DNA of 64,000 bases, from contig JBFLGF010000062.1 of the NCBI GenBank assembly GCA_050230475.1, positions 1-64,000 on the forward strand, given 5' to 3'. The DNA is from Ancylonema sp. Its lineage: Eukaryota. A model generated the notes under the pieces. The model ran no database searches and was not told where the DNA came from. It worked only from the letters and a program-made list of their open reading frames with translations. Each line of letters opens with the position of its first letter. The stretch's first letter is position 1. The translations under genes and the position numbers were made by a program. Below, piece by piece: positions 20,380 through 33,149 of the stretch.

Positions 20380-20776
20380 CAACTGTCAATATGGCATACC
20401 AAACGGACGCACATACTAATATGAAAGACATGATTCGACCCTAAGTTATATGAAAGAAACTTTGAATATTAGTTTGCACCCGTAACTTTCATCACTTGCA
20501 TCGACGTTATTTTGTAATTTGTTATTACGATATATTTTTCTCGATTTCCGTACATCGTTATTCGCGAGAAACAACGTTCTATATAGTATAAAGAGATTCA
20601 TTACTAATAATGTTAATAATGTTATTAATAATGTTAATAATTTGGCTTTGTAATGAGTGTCGTTATGCATATATCGAGGGCCATTTTGTATTGATTTTAA
20701 ACAAGTTCAAAAGTACTGTCCTTAAATCGAGGTTGTTCTAATAAAGACGGTCCTTATATCGAGGGAGCACTTTATA
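20380..20776 (-). mobile_element. pogo/Tigger-like non-autonomous DNA transposon fragment
   Basis: The minus-strand end AGTGCTCCCTCGATATAAGGAC and internal sequence match 55267-55640 (TACAGTGCTCCCTCGATATAAGGAC...AACGTTGTTTCTCGC...GGGTCGAATCATGTC). Confidence 0.6.
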
Positions 20777-21850
20777 TGCAGCTAGGCGGTTGGGTGGCGG
20801 ATGAGCACTTGGACAGCGGTTAGACAAGGGACTTGCTGCGTACCGACCCCCTACTAGCTGCGTACCGACCCCCCGTAATATCGGGGTTATTAGAGTGACT
20901 TTGGGTACCGGTATATTACTTAAAAAGTAATCGTGCTTTTTTTTTGGAGGCTAGTGTTATTGAACGACACTCATAAATAAATATGTACCCAAATATATAT
21001 CATCTATATCATTACATATATTAATATATTCATTACTTACAGTCCTTATTTATATTATTACATATATTCATTTATATCATTTATATCACTCATATTTATT
21101 TCATGTTCACAAGTATCCACAGAGATAAGAGTGTGGTGGGGTGTATGAATATCAGTAGTTCATTAGTATGATTTAATACAAATTATAAATATGGAGGGGA
21201 AAAAACTTAAAGAAAAAAGAATGAAGAATGAATAATAAGTTTAAAGAATGAAGAATAAAGAAAAATGTCCTTTAATCTCAGGCAATGATGATTCCACACG
21301 TTTTTAGAGTAACCACACTCATTATGGACCTTGCGGACATATATTAGCTCCAATACCACCAAAACAAACTACCGTACTCTCCTAAGAAAATGATGGGAGC
21401 TCAGCTCGGAGCTCATATGTCGTCACGTCAGCTGACTTGGAGACTTACAGCATAGCCATAAAAGGCCATGGAGCGACAACGGATACCGACGACAGATGAC
21501 CGTGCACACCACATGCCTCAACAAACCTACATCACCAAATTATTTTCATGCAAAAGCATATTCGGTTATTGCAGCTCGCAACGCCAAACGTAGAAAAATA
21601 ATACCTTAATAATCACGCGGCTCGCAGAGAACGTAGCTCTGCTCACAGACGGGCGTAATTAGCACGCAGTCTACGCCACACGGCCCATGGTACCTCCGCA
21701 GCGCGCAACAGGTGAAGGGCAATATGACGCAGCAGCAAGCATGGAGACTGCGCTGGCATACTGCGCCAAATTCCTGACGGCAGCTGGGTCCAGAAGCGCT
21801 GTTGTCACTATACATCCCCACGCTCAACGTAACGAAACCACGGTTTGGAA

Positions 21851-22166
21851 CATAGATGTACACGCCCGTCAAAATCTCCGCCGAGCGGCGCCCGCGGGTG
21901 GTACGCGGGCGAAAATGTCCACGTGGCGTGCGGGTATATAGGGTTCTGTTGTATTCAGTTTTTAAAACTCCATATTTATCGGAATAAAAAAATAAAAAGT
22001 GCTAATATCAACAACATAGTTTCATCTACATTAATTTTTATTTTTTTTAAGAATATCATAAAACGTCTAGAAGCTATGCTTTTTTAAACTTGCTTTCATG
22101 AAATTCCGAAATTCAGCGCGCCCGGAACGAGCGGCTAGGCGGCGCCCGCGGGCGGGTATATCTATG
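21851..22166. mobile_element. possible MITE with GC-rich termini and an AT-rich core
   Basis: Imperfect TIR CATAGATGTACACGCCC ... GGGCGGGTATATCTATG; no clear TSD. Confidence 0.4.
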
Positions 22167-22577
22167 TGTACAGCGACAGTTGGAGTCTTGCCGCTTTCCC
22201 GATATTACGGGGGGTCGGTACGCAGCCAGTAGACAATTGGGCGGCGGCGGTTGGATGACGGTTGGAGGTGGCAGACAGTTGGCACCATGCCAGCCGCTGA
22301 GATTCTGGCGGTCGGGATCCACCCTACTCCCTGTACAGTCAGCGCAGCAGTAGACATGACGTGCTGGCCTAGCTTTTGACTCGACGCCATGGTGCCTACT
22401 TAATTACGTCCCAACCGATTCATTGCGCTTCTAAAAATCTGCGAGTATTGGCTTTTGCCGCGCCGTCAAACTTAGTTGTAGAGGCTGTACAGTATAGAAA
22501 GTCATTCGACTGCACATTGCTAATTCCGTGAGTCGCTGTTTTATACTGCCTATATTCACCCGGAAGTTGGTGAAGCC

Positions 22578-25500
22578 ATGGAATGCCTATGCCAGACGCA
22601 ATTACGGTTAGGAACAGTAATTCAAAACTCGACTCCAAAATGTTATGAAGATGGAAAACCACAAACGCAGAAGTTCCAGGGCCCGGCGTTCGTGGGGCTC
22701 AGCCGCCACATCTCTATTTCGCAGCTCTCTCGCACTTCGCGTGTGCCCCTGTCCTCAGAGGCCCGAAGAGGTAGAAGTGGTAGGTTTTCTGCGCGTGTCA
22801 GTGCATCTGCATCATCCGCTGGACTCCCTTCACTCAACGACCTGCCCCTTGTAACGTACATCAACAACCAGGGTCGCATTAGTCCACCCATAGAGGTGGG
22901 AACTCAGGCTTCCGTCCTTGCCGTGTTTGACGCCAACAAGAAGATTCAGTACATTGGATTTTCAAAGGATGTACGGAATTCGTTGCGAACACTCATGGGC
23001 CGCAGGGCGGAGCTGTGTTACTTCTACTAAATCCATAACCTCAAGGAGCTGGACCAGAAGGCGATGGTGGACATCCGGAAACACGTAAGCAGAAGAAAGC
23101 CAGCCACCGGATGGCGTCTGGTCTTCTCCACAGCGTGCCCACTCGATATTACAAAAGGAATGGAATGAGTGCGAGGTTTCACAGGAAATGAGCACAAGAG
23201 GCTATTTGTCGGAATTCAGCTCCGTTATCCCGCACACTATCCACGTCAACACTCCGTCGTCTCTAGACCTGCTTTCTAAACCTCGTTTCTTTTTTCCCAA
23301 CCCCAACTCCACCCTGCCCACCCTCCTCAGTGGTTTTCCGAGCTGGGCCTCCCGCCAGCTGGCAACACGGAGGCTTACCAGAGGGACCAATGGGAGAAGC
23401 CCGTCGACGCGGGCTCCATCTCCGAGAGAGGGAAAGTGGCCGCTGCATCCTCCAAGGCCAAAACCATGCTGCAAATCATGAAGGACAGGGGCCTCAAGGA
23501 AGAGGTGAAGGGGCTGGATTCTTCTACGGGTGGGGGTCTCTCACATAAAATGAATCTGAGGGGTGGTGCATATAGGCAGTCAGGGGCTGTATGGAGTCGA
23601 CAGAGTGGTTTGACTATGGGCTGGTTCAGGTCCAGGGTTCATGGTAAGGTTAAGGTTACAGGCTGATCCTAGGCGCGAATTATGTGCGGAACGAAGTCCA
23701 GTTTTTCTCGGGGTTAAGAGAGGTTTCTCAGTGGGGACCAGAAAAGAAATGATTTGGTGAAGTGAGGCGCGAGGCTTGAGGTTTTAGGACTGGCGGGGGG
23801 GTAGGAGAGTCGCTGAGTCAGCAAAGTACAATTCTGACTCGGCCCGGGGGTCATCCTGTATGCTTCAGTGTGGAGGGAATTTGAGTGGCTGAGATTCCGC
23901 CACGTGTACGGTGTGGATGTGCGCAGATGGTGTATGACCCCGCCCTCATCGAAAAAGGGAAATGTGACGTGCTACCGGTAATACGCTCGAAATCTTTCTC
24001 TGAAGCGCAATATGTTTTTTTTTTTCGTGGCATTTTTTTCCTTCTTCTTCTGGTACATGTGTTTGGTGGGATTCTCATACATTTGCGAGTCGTTTGAATA
24101 ACGTTGTGTTGTTTACCTTCTAGGCTTTTGTTACGAAGAACTGGGTTTCATGGTCTCACTGTGAACAGTCCTCCCCGTCTCAACTTGCAAAACTAAAAAA
24201 AAACTAGAAAAAAAAAAAAAAAAACACATCCTTTTTAAACCGCATTCCAGCTCTCATCCACCAATTCCGTACACGCACTAAAACCTCCAATATATTTTCC
24301 ACACTTCATATAGCACCGCATCTCTTACCCCCCCCCTTCCTGTTCCCTCCCCCAGTCCAAGGGTCTGACCGAAGCTGAGCTGGCAAGCGCTGACGCGTTG
24401 AACCGAGCAGCCGCCTCCGAGATGCGCCACGTGTCCCTCTCTGCGCCCTCTGGGGAGAGTATTGAGTTTGACATTCTGTTCCAAAACAAGATTGTGACTA
24501 ACGGGGGGTGGATGTTCGACCTCAAAATCGCGAAAGACGATAAGGAGACGAGGTAAGGAAACAAAAAACCGGGAACCCGAAACCCGAAACCCGAAACCTG
24601 AAACCTAAAACCCGAAACCCGAAACCCGAAACCCGAAACCCGAAACCCGAAACCCGAGACCCGAAACCTGAAAACCCAAAGCTGAAACCCGAACCTGAAA
24701 TGTATGGGAATCCAATATCTCATACCTAAAACCCGAAGACTGTAACCTGACGCTTGAAACCTAAAACCTCAAACCTGACACGCGAAGCCGGAACCTGAAC
24801 CCCGAGCATGAACCTGAACCTGAGACCTTGGAAGATCCCAGAGGTCGAATTGGAAGCAGGAGCTGCGAATGGGGAAGAAATTGAGGGCATGAAATGAGAT
24901 GGTGTCTGTCTCCTTGTGTGTTGTGTTTAGGCACCGTGTGGTGTGCTCAAGAACGTATCCGGAAGCAACGGGGCTCACAGAAGAGGAGATGATTGAAAGG
25001 ACGTTTGCGTTTCTGCTGGTAAGACAGGGGGGTTAGAGGACGATCTAAGGGTTTTTTTCCTATATTTGTGATCATTTGTATATTTATAGACATACATCAT
25101 TTAGATAATATCCCGCTTTATATGTATTTTCCTTCATGGAAATCTTTACCTTCATTGTTCTGTTATCATTTTGTTATATTATATTCACCTCATTATTATT
25201 ATGATCATTCTCATCATTATTATGGTGACAAAAATATTTCTACATAATATCTTTCCGGGTTTTTTAATTTATAGGATGTAGTTTGTACAACAAATGTCCA
25301 ACAGATTCGTTTGTAGTACCGAGATCCAATGTACGAATTCCTATTTTCCTTGTTTTCCCCCCTTGTCATGATAATATTTAATAGACAGGTTCCCAGACTA
25401 CTCAAAGCATTGTCATGAGAACATTACGCTCGGAATGATTCTTTTTGGGGGGTGTAAAAAAAGGAAAGAAAAATATTTATGTTTAAAATAATAATAAAAA

Positions 25501-25915
25501 CCAACCCATATGACATTTTTCGGCCAATCCACTTTACCAACTGTCGTCACCAAACCCTATTGTCAACGCCCTTTGCCAACCCCTTTTGCCAATCCGTTTT
25601 GCCAACCCGTTTTGCCATCCCCTTTTGCCGACCCCTTCGCCAACCCGTTTTGCCAACCCCTTTTTGCCACCTCAGCACAAGAAGCAGCCCCGCCAAACGG
25701 AGGGTGTGCTCCGAATCGACGAATTCGCGGTGAACTACTTCGCAATTTCGGAGTTGGCACAAAAGTTCGACGAGTTCAAGGACTGGTTCTCCGGGGAGCT
25801 GCCAGACGCGTACTGGAGATTCAACCGAATCCACTCGTACGGAAACGAGACGGATCCGTTATATACGGAGAGGCCATCCGTGCCGCAGTTCACGGGAGAA
25901 GTTGTGGAGGCTTAG
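22578..25915 (+). CDS. plastid-targeted-type GIY-YIG (AtGrxS16 N-terminal-like) domain protein with an uncharacterised C-terminal domain. Exons 22578-23084, 23331-23504, 23927-23977, 24356-24552, 24931-25018, 25676-25915. One in-frame TAA at 23028-23030 (pseudogene allele or sequence error)
   Basis: Ser/Arg-rich N-terminus; SVLAVFDANKKIQYIGFSKDVRNSL...ELC...W...PPAGN resembles the GIY-YIG domain of AtGrxS16. All splice phases are consistent. The paralog has AAA (Lys) at the TAA position. Confidence 0.8.
24575..24830. repeat. telomere-like heptamer array (CCCGAAA)n decaying 3', intronic
   Basis: Tandem AAACCCG units with some CCTAAAA/CCTGAAA variants; one base different from the plant telomere repeat CCCTAAA. 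Confidence 0.8.
25550..25670. repeat. ~13-bp minisatellite (CCAACCCGTTTTG-like) before a splice acceptor
   Basis: Directly visible tandem units. Confidence 0.8.
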
Positions 25916-28748
25916 GGGGAGCCTAATATCGTTAGGATGTTCGATATTCCGACCATACTTTCATGTTTCATGTTTCATTTTAAGTTTCAAGTTTGCCATG
26001 TGCTTATGTCGACTATGTTTTGCGAGGTACCCGTTTCGACCATGTGTTTATTGCGCGCGTTAGTACTCATCACAGTGTTTAAAATTTCGCGTTGGTACTC
26101 GTTTGGACCACTGTTATCTATGAAACGGCGGTGGCGTAAAGGGGCGGAGGGGGGTAAGTTGACTCATCATTGCGCGATGATAAGCTCTCGATAATTAAAA
26201 AGGAGAATGGTCGCCAGGTGGCCATATTACAATGCTCTTACAACCAATCATATTGCAATGAAATCTCGTTTTAAAGGTACAACTTTGTTATGGATTGCCA
26301 ACAATGAAAGTACCAATACTTTTGCACTCAATATGCTTTCATAATGGTTTTTTTTTCGTTTTTTGTTGAAGTTCCTCCATGATGCTGACATTTGTGCACA
26401 CAGTAGCAAATAAGCTTCAGTCCGGCTTTGACGAACGAACAATATCATGCAATGTTGGATGTTAGCCTTTTTTTTTTGGGAACTAGTCGGTTTTCTTCGT
26501 TCTTGCATTTCACTACATTTTCAGTTTCTTGTCTAAATTATAAAATTTCACTTTTTTTGGGGAAAAAAAAAAAAAAAAAAAAAAAACAAACAAACAAACA
26601 TTTTTTTTTTTTTTTTTTTTAAAGGCTTATTTTTCTTTATTTTTATCTTCAGCAGCTTGATTCACATCAAGTAGCAAATTCGTTGTACGAACTTCTAAAA
26701 AAAAACTCAAACAACAAAAACCATTATTTCTTTTTTGTGATACATTCATTGATCATTAAAACACTAATCCCCATAAGTTGTCTGCAAAGGTATGAGTGAA
26801 ATGGGAGAGGTTGTCGGAACGTGTAGTCCACCTCCGTCTCATTTGACCGAATGTCAATGTGACCAAATTGCTTAACAAAATTATCATATCAAACCATTCA
26901 TTACGAAGACAAATGATTTCTCTTGCCGCAAGAGACCCATAAGCAAAAAATAACGCGAAAGAATATGACTATGAACTTAATGCGGCTCCCAGGTTGTCTT
27001 ACTTTTTTAGCTACACAAATCTCTCGGCGTTGTTCACAACGGCACAAATGGTACTCCACTAACTACAATGGTTTACGTATTTGTTGCACGACCGGGGTCC
27101 GCGGAAAGGCCACGAGCACTCCAAATGGAACCGACACTTCAATTAAATGCAATGGAGGACATTGGTTCATGGTTGCACGAACTCCGAACAATTTCCGAAC
27201 CGGATCTTAGATGGAACCGGTTCCCTTTAAAATGTCCTCTTGTTCGGAACTAAAGAAAAGTTTTTTTTTTTCACTAGAAGACCGTTTACAGGGGCTTTAT
27301 ATTCGACACATAGTTTTCACTTGCGTAGCTTGACTCATGCAATCCTACATATACATGGAAAGAAAGGTGTTCAATGGGAAAAAACTAGTAAAATCCGTAC
27401 ACATGAATAAACTTCTCGTGTGATAGTAAGTTACTCAATATTGTCAACAATTTTAAGTTGCAGTGCATTCCAAATAGAAGTAGTAGGTTGAAAAGTTCAT
27501 TGTCCTTTGTTTCGATCATGACAAGATGTTCATTTAGATTGAACAAATATTTTGAAAAACTTATTCCCCTAGTTGCTAAATGCCCATATTTTAGTGCGAT
27601 GATTCATTCCTATTTTCCAATCTTGGCATGCCACATGCAATTATAACAATTTTTTAATGTTATTTTATTGTTTCAGACCCATGACCAAAAAAACGATACA
27701 AATGCTTCTACTTCTGATCTCCAAGTGGTTCTACCCCTAAGCTCTTAATAATATTTTGGAAAATAAAAACGCGGTCACGGTCTGATATTGATATAGAGAT
27801 ATAGACCGCACCGTAATTTTAGGACGACAATATTTACTAATATGTCCAATTGTGTTGACCGTGAGTGACAGGCAGCGCCAATCATCTATCCGTACCAAAT
27901 AGGCTGGGCACGAAATATTCGCGAACACGTACAAAGCGCACTTGGAGCCGAGCGCGCTCGGTACGCGCTTGGAACGCAAGCATTCCACGAAATCTGAAAT
28001 GCGGTTGTTCCGGGGGGAATACGGGGGAAACTTTGCTTCAAGCACGCTCCGTACGCATTGGGGACGCGAGCGCAAATCACCCAACTATGATACATGTATA
28101 TCTCGCCGCATAAATTTTGTGGAAGACTGAAGAATTTTATTTGCGGAAATAGGGAATCCCTATGAACACCCTATAAGCACCCTAAAACACCCTGTGAACA
28201 CCCGGGTCCGGACTGTAACCATCTCGGAACCGGTTCCCCCGGGAAAAAATCCGTTTTTGCAACTATACTTCGGTTGAACAAATAGAAACCGTGTATTCGA
28301 TTCTTGCGTGCTGGAATGAACTTGAAGAAAAATAATATTGCACGAATGTTTGTCAATCGCCCTTCTCATTAGTCCCAAAACTTATGTGTACTCAGATGAT
28401 CTACTTGGAAAGGAAAAAAACTTTGAGCAAAAATACAATCGCCCACCCCGAAATCTGAGCATTTCCACCGTTGCCAAACTTCCGCAATGGACCCCACCCT
28501 CCTCACTCACAGATTGAGGCAGCAACCTCAACCTCAAACTGAACCTCTCCTACTCGAACTCTCTTTAACCCTAAACCCTACTCCCATCCCCCCTGTCATT
28601 CATTGCATTGGTCCATCCTCCCACCTCCATAAAAATTACACCCCCACAACACCACCTCCTCCACCCCCCTACCAGTACCCCCGACCCCAAACCCCCAACC
28701 CCCACTCCAGCCACCCACCCCACCCCCCCCCATTCCCCCACCTCTCCC

Positions 28749-29597
28749 TTAACCAAAGAGGCTGAACCCGAAAATCTCCCCCAAAATGATCCCCATCCCC
28801 ACCAGAATCGCGATCACGGACGCCCCCAGACTGAGCCTACTGGTGAGCCACGGCACCCTCTGGTTGCAAGCCTCACTCAAAATCCCGATGAAGCTCGTGT
28901 ACACACCCATGGCCATCACCGTCCCCACCAGGAACATGCCCAGGAAAGCTGCCCCTGCGAGCTTGGAGGGTAGGGCGAGGGCGGGCAGGATGACGAGCAG
29001 CGCGTCAGGCTGCAGGCCGTGAACGATCCCCGTTGCGAACGTAGCAACGCTGAACACCCTCTTATCGGAGGAGAACACGACCGCCCCCGGTTGGGCTAGG
29101 CAGTCCTCGTCCCCCGCGTCGCACTGGATGGGGAGCTGACTGGACTCGTACACCCCCATGCCCCCGATGGCCATGAGGGTGAGCCCAACGATCCTCGCCC
29201 CCCACAGACGGAATAGATCCAGGTGTAGTTTGTCTCTCAGCAGAACGAAGGCGATCCCGAACAGCACCTGTCCCGCGTCGTGCCCGCATCCCCACAGAGC
29301 CCCCACGGCAGCAGACTCCATTCGGGTACGCCCGATCGACAGGGGGGCGAGGGCGGCCAGGTGGTCGGGACCGGATAACGTATGTAACCATCCCGCGACT
29401 AACCCCGTCCAGGCGGCGGTTAAGAACTCGGTTCCCGTGACACGGTGGATCGCGGTCGCGGTTCCCGCCCCCGCCCCCGCCCCCGCCCCCGCCCCCACGA
29501 AATGGTCGCCGGCGATGGAGGAGGCTAGGGCTGGGGAGGGCCGCCATAGGGTGGCCGCGACCAATGCGAGGAGGACAGCTGGCACGAGTTTCTTGAG
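28749..29597 (-). CDS. NicO/UreH-like multi-pass membrane protein (similar to plant CGF1/CGF2-type chloroplast proteins), terminal exon
   Basis: AWTGLVAGWLHTLSGPDHLAALAPLSIGR, GALWGCGHDAGQ, ATGIVHGLQPDALLVILPALALPS; several hydrophobic helices; the transit peptide is not in this exon. Confidence 0.88.
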   Translation of the reverse strand, partial: LKKLVPAVLLALVAATLWRPSPALASSIAGDHFVGAGAGAGAGAGTATAIHRVTGTEFLTAAWTGLVAGWLHTLSGPDHLAALAPLSIGRTRMESAAVGALWGCGHDAGQVLFGIAFVLLRDKLHLDLFRLWGARIVGLTLMAIGGMGVYESSQLPIQCDAGDEDCLAQPGAVVFSSDKRVFSVATFATGIVHGLQPDALLVILPALALPSKLAGAAFLGMFLVGTVMAMGVYTSFIGILSEACNQRVPWLTSRLSLGASVIAILVGMGIILGEIFGFSLFG

Positions 29598-29942
29598 CTG
29601 CATGCGTGGTACAGCCGTGGTCAACCGTTACTTTTTATTTTTTTAGGTTTTATGGCTTTTTTTTTTATCCCCATGGCTCTATATTTATGTGTGTGCAGTG
29701 TAATTTTTTTATGTATCCATTATTTTATGACTGGTCTCTCTGTGCGTGAGCGTGAGTGGGGGTGTGTTGTCTTTTTCTTTCCATTATGGTTTTTTTCCGT
29801 TATTATTCCACCCCCCCCCCCCCTGTGTGTGTGTGTGTGTGTGTGTATTTGATTCGGATTTCCCCTGGGACTCATTTCAGGGCACCAGAGAAGAAGCAAG
29901 TCAGTTTCGTTCCCTCGCCTGATTTTGGTCGTGGCAGCTTAC

Positions 29943-31311
29943 CATGCGCATACGTTTATCGTCATCCTTGTTCTGTTGTCTCGAAAGCTTCCCTTGTTCA
30001 AGGAGGGACGGGGTATAGACCATCTGCGGACATCCACACAGTATAGGTGGCGCAATCTCAGCCAATCGAAGACCCCCAACACTGAAGCATACAGGAGGAG
30101 CTCTGGGCTCTGGGCTCATTTTACACTTTGATGACTCAGCAACTCTCTGCCCCCGAGCCCAGTCCTCCCCCCAGCACTTTTGGAATGCAAATCAGTTCTA
30201 GTCCCATCTAAAAAAACTATTTAAAATGGGGTAAACATCCATACTTCCAGACCCCGCACGTATGTACTGCTATCAGTAATATCATTCTTTTTATTCCCCC
30301 CCCCCCCCACCCTTCATAATTTTACATTCTACATTATCCCAACGCTTTCACCCTCCCGTAACCCCTGTATAAAAAGCAATTCCTTCACCTCTTCTTTAGG
30401 GCCCCTGTCCTTCATAGTTAGCAGCATGCTGCTGGCCTTCGAAGATGCAGCGGCCACTATTCCACTCTCTGACACAGAGCCCATTCCAGCGGGCTCATCC
30501 CATTGGTCGCTCTGATAATGCTCCGTGTTGCCAGCTGGCGGACGGCCCAGCTCGGAAAACCACTGTGGAGGGTGGGCAGGGTGGGGGTTGAGTTTTTTTT
30601 GTTTTTTTTAAAGGTAATAAATCAACCTGGTTCAAGGGAGTTGATGAAGTACGAACTTGCTGAAGTGCTGAATGAGGGGAGCTGGAGTCTGAAGAGCAAG
30701 CCCTCGTTCAATATTACTATGATACCTCAAACACACTAGATATTCTTCGTTATGTCGGGTTTACGGAACCGAACACCACATAAGCGCACTGGGCGTCTTC
30801 TCACATGTTTTTGGATCTCCACCGTTGCCTTTTTATCCAGCTCCTTAACGTTATAGATTTTGTAGTATTGGCACAGGTCCGGCCTCCGCCCCCAAAGTGT
30901 TTGCAGCGAGTTTCGTACATCCTTTGAGAATCCAATATACTGAATCTTCTTGTTCGTGTCAAAGACGGCGAAAACGGAGGCCTGCGTCCCGCCCTCTATG
31001 TGTGGAATTATGTGGCCCTGGTTGTTGATGTACTTTATAAGGGGTAGGTCTGTGAGCGAGGGAATTCCAGGAGAAGATGTAGATGCACTTATATTCAACA
31101 AAAATCTACCACTTCTACATTTTCGGGCCTGTGATAAGAGGGGCACATGAGAAGTGCGGGACAGCTGCGAAAGAGAGATGTGGCGGCTGAGGCCCACGAA
31201 CGCCGGAGTCTGGGGCTTCTGCGTTCGTGATTTTCCATCACCAATATTTTCTGGAATCGAATTTCGAACTACATTTCCTAATTGGAGGTGCGTCTGGCAC
31301 AGGCACTCCAT
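29943..31311 (-). CDS. inverted partial duplicate of the GIY-YIG gene (exons 31311-30805, 30562-30389, 30023-29943), probably spliced to the NicO/UreH-like exon at 29597
   Basis: Exons 1 and 2 have the same lengths as in the parent (507, 174 bp) and no stops. Similarity includes intron sequence and ends at about 29989. Donor ATG|gtaagc at 29942 and acceptor cag|CTC at 29597 are both phase 0. Confidence 0.75.
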
Positions 31312-33149
31312 AACTGCACCAACTTTCGGGTGACTGTACAATTATCTACTGAGACAAAAGGTGTCGCGAGCACGGCATTACGATTTCTGGAGCGAGCTAC
31401 TCTCCATCTAATTGCAAGCGTGAGGAAGCTGGAAACCCTTCAACCGCTCAGCTCAGCTCAGCAGTAGGTACCGAGCAGGCGCCAGGCGCCATGGTTTCGG
31501 CATGGGGCTTTTTCGGGTTTTGGTCGATGTCCCTCTGCGGTATTTTCTAAGGTGATCAGTCATCATCTCTGGGCTCAATGGGCCTCATCAGTGTTTTCTG
31601 GGCTCTGGGCTCGCAAGGCTTTTTGTCCAGGGTCGAAGCGGGCTCCGAGGCCTGAACTCAAGAGCCTGCAGTCGGGTCCTGAGCCCAGATCGGAGCCCGA
31701 AACCCCTTCAATTGTCAAAAATCAAACCAGAAATTACCGTGATATAATCACTTATGATTGGCGGACAACATGTTCATGGTATGCACGCATGCGTCAAGTG
31801 AAATGTTGATCTAGGGCACTTCATCTTGAGAGTGTACTCGGATTGTGCAATTAGTATCATCAATGACACACACAATAAGGAACTCGTCTTGTGTACAAAA
31901 AAGGAATCCTTCTTCATATCGCTACTGTTTTTTTAAATTGGTGTCGGTTGCGTAAATTATATTCCACATCATGCTCATCGATTCCGCTCTTAGAGAGCAG
32001 TATTAAAAAAACGAAAAACATGTATGGGCGAGCACTCAAGTGATGATTTTTATACCGACCATACTTTGCTTCTAAGTCGATTCCTAAGTAATTATGGAAC
32101 ACGGAAGTAATCAATTTCATCAATTAACATTGAGTTCAAATCATTCATTCACAATCATTGAAACCGATTCCGTTTTTTTGTAATAAAATCTATGGAATCC
32201 CGGAATTCAAATCCACAAATCATCGATAATAATGTTTACGAATAATTGATAAATGACTTCGTTTGAGAAAGAACGGAATGGTTTTGAAAGCACAATACGG
32301 TAGCATAGTACGGTAGCGTTTCGGAAGCACATTGATTAAAGCAACGGGGCGGGCTTATTCTTCGTTGGCTTAGAATTACGGCCGCAGCAACCGCTCGCAC
32401 TTTGCCACCTTCAGCGACGCATACCGATGTTGGGCGACGAGCCCATCGGCTTGGATTCCGTATCCGAACGGATCCGAGCCCCAAGTCCGGTATCCGAGCG
32501 CCAAGCCCAAAATCGAGGCTCGAATGGCTTCCCCACTTTGGGCTCCGGGCTCAATGCGCCCCGATTTCCAAGGCACCGGGCTCATTGGGCTCTGGGCTCC
32601 CCAAACATGAAGGATAACTCAATACTATTGATTGTATTTCGGTTCTATCGGACAACGAAAAATCCTCTACAATTGAGATTGCATGGCCGATTGATTGCCA
32701 CCTTGCATAATATAGACTTGTAAGCATTTGAACTTCATATGAACTTGATATGCCTGATATGCACGTGTCAAAAAATAGTGAATGGCAGAGCCACCAAACT
32801 TGTGGTTTAATTGGGATGATAAGTGGAAAAAGCTTAGTGCAACGATGCGTATGCGGAGAATTATGGTGATCCGCAACACATGAATTTTCTTACAAGTGTG
32901 ATTCAGATTTACATGTGACACAATTTCTTGGTCTCGTAGACCATAACTTGCTTGAGTACCATGGCACATTGGTCCAAAATCTACACCTAGGAGCGGCATT
33001 TGAACACGAGTGGCATTTCTAAAAAATCGCATCGTTTTTATTTCAATCACTTCCCTACGAAAAGGGAATAATCGGTTCATTTTAACTACTTTGTCTAAGA
33101 ACGTGTATTTCCATTGTCCACTTGTCAATTCAGGTACAAAGTCACCGTA

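Noticed and set aside
26800..27700. possible hAT transposase relic (KWYST...MV)
   Set aside because: Only one weak motif across frameshifts; cannot be supported.
31500..32610. GGGCTC/GAGCCC-rich clusters as a defined transposon
   Set aside because: They resemble subterminal repeats, but no TIR pair or TSD could be fixed.
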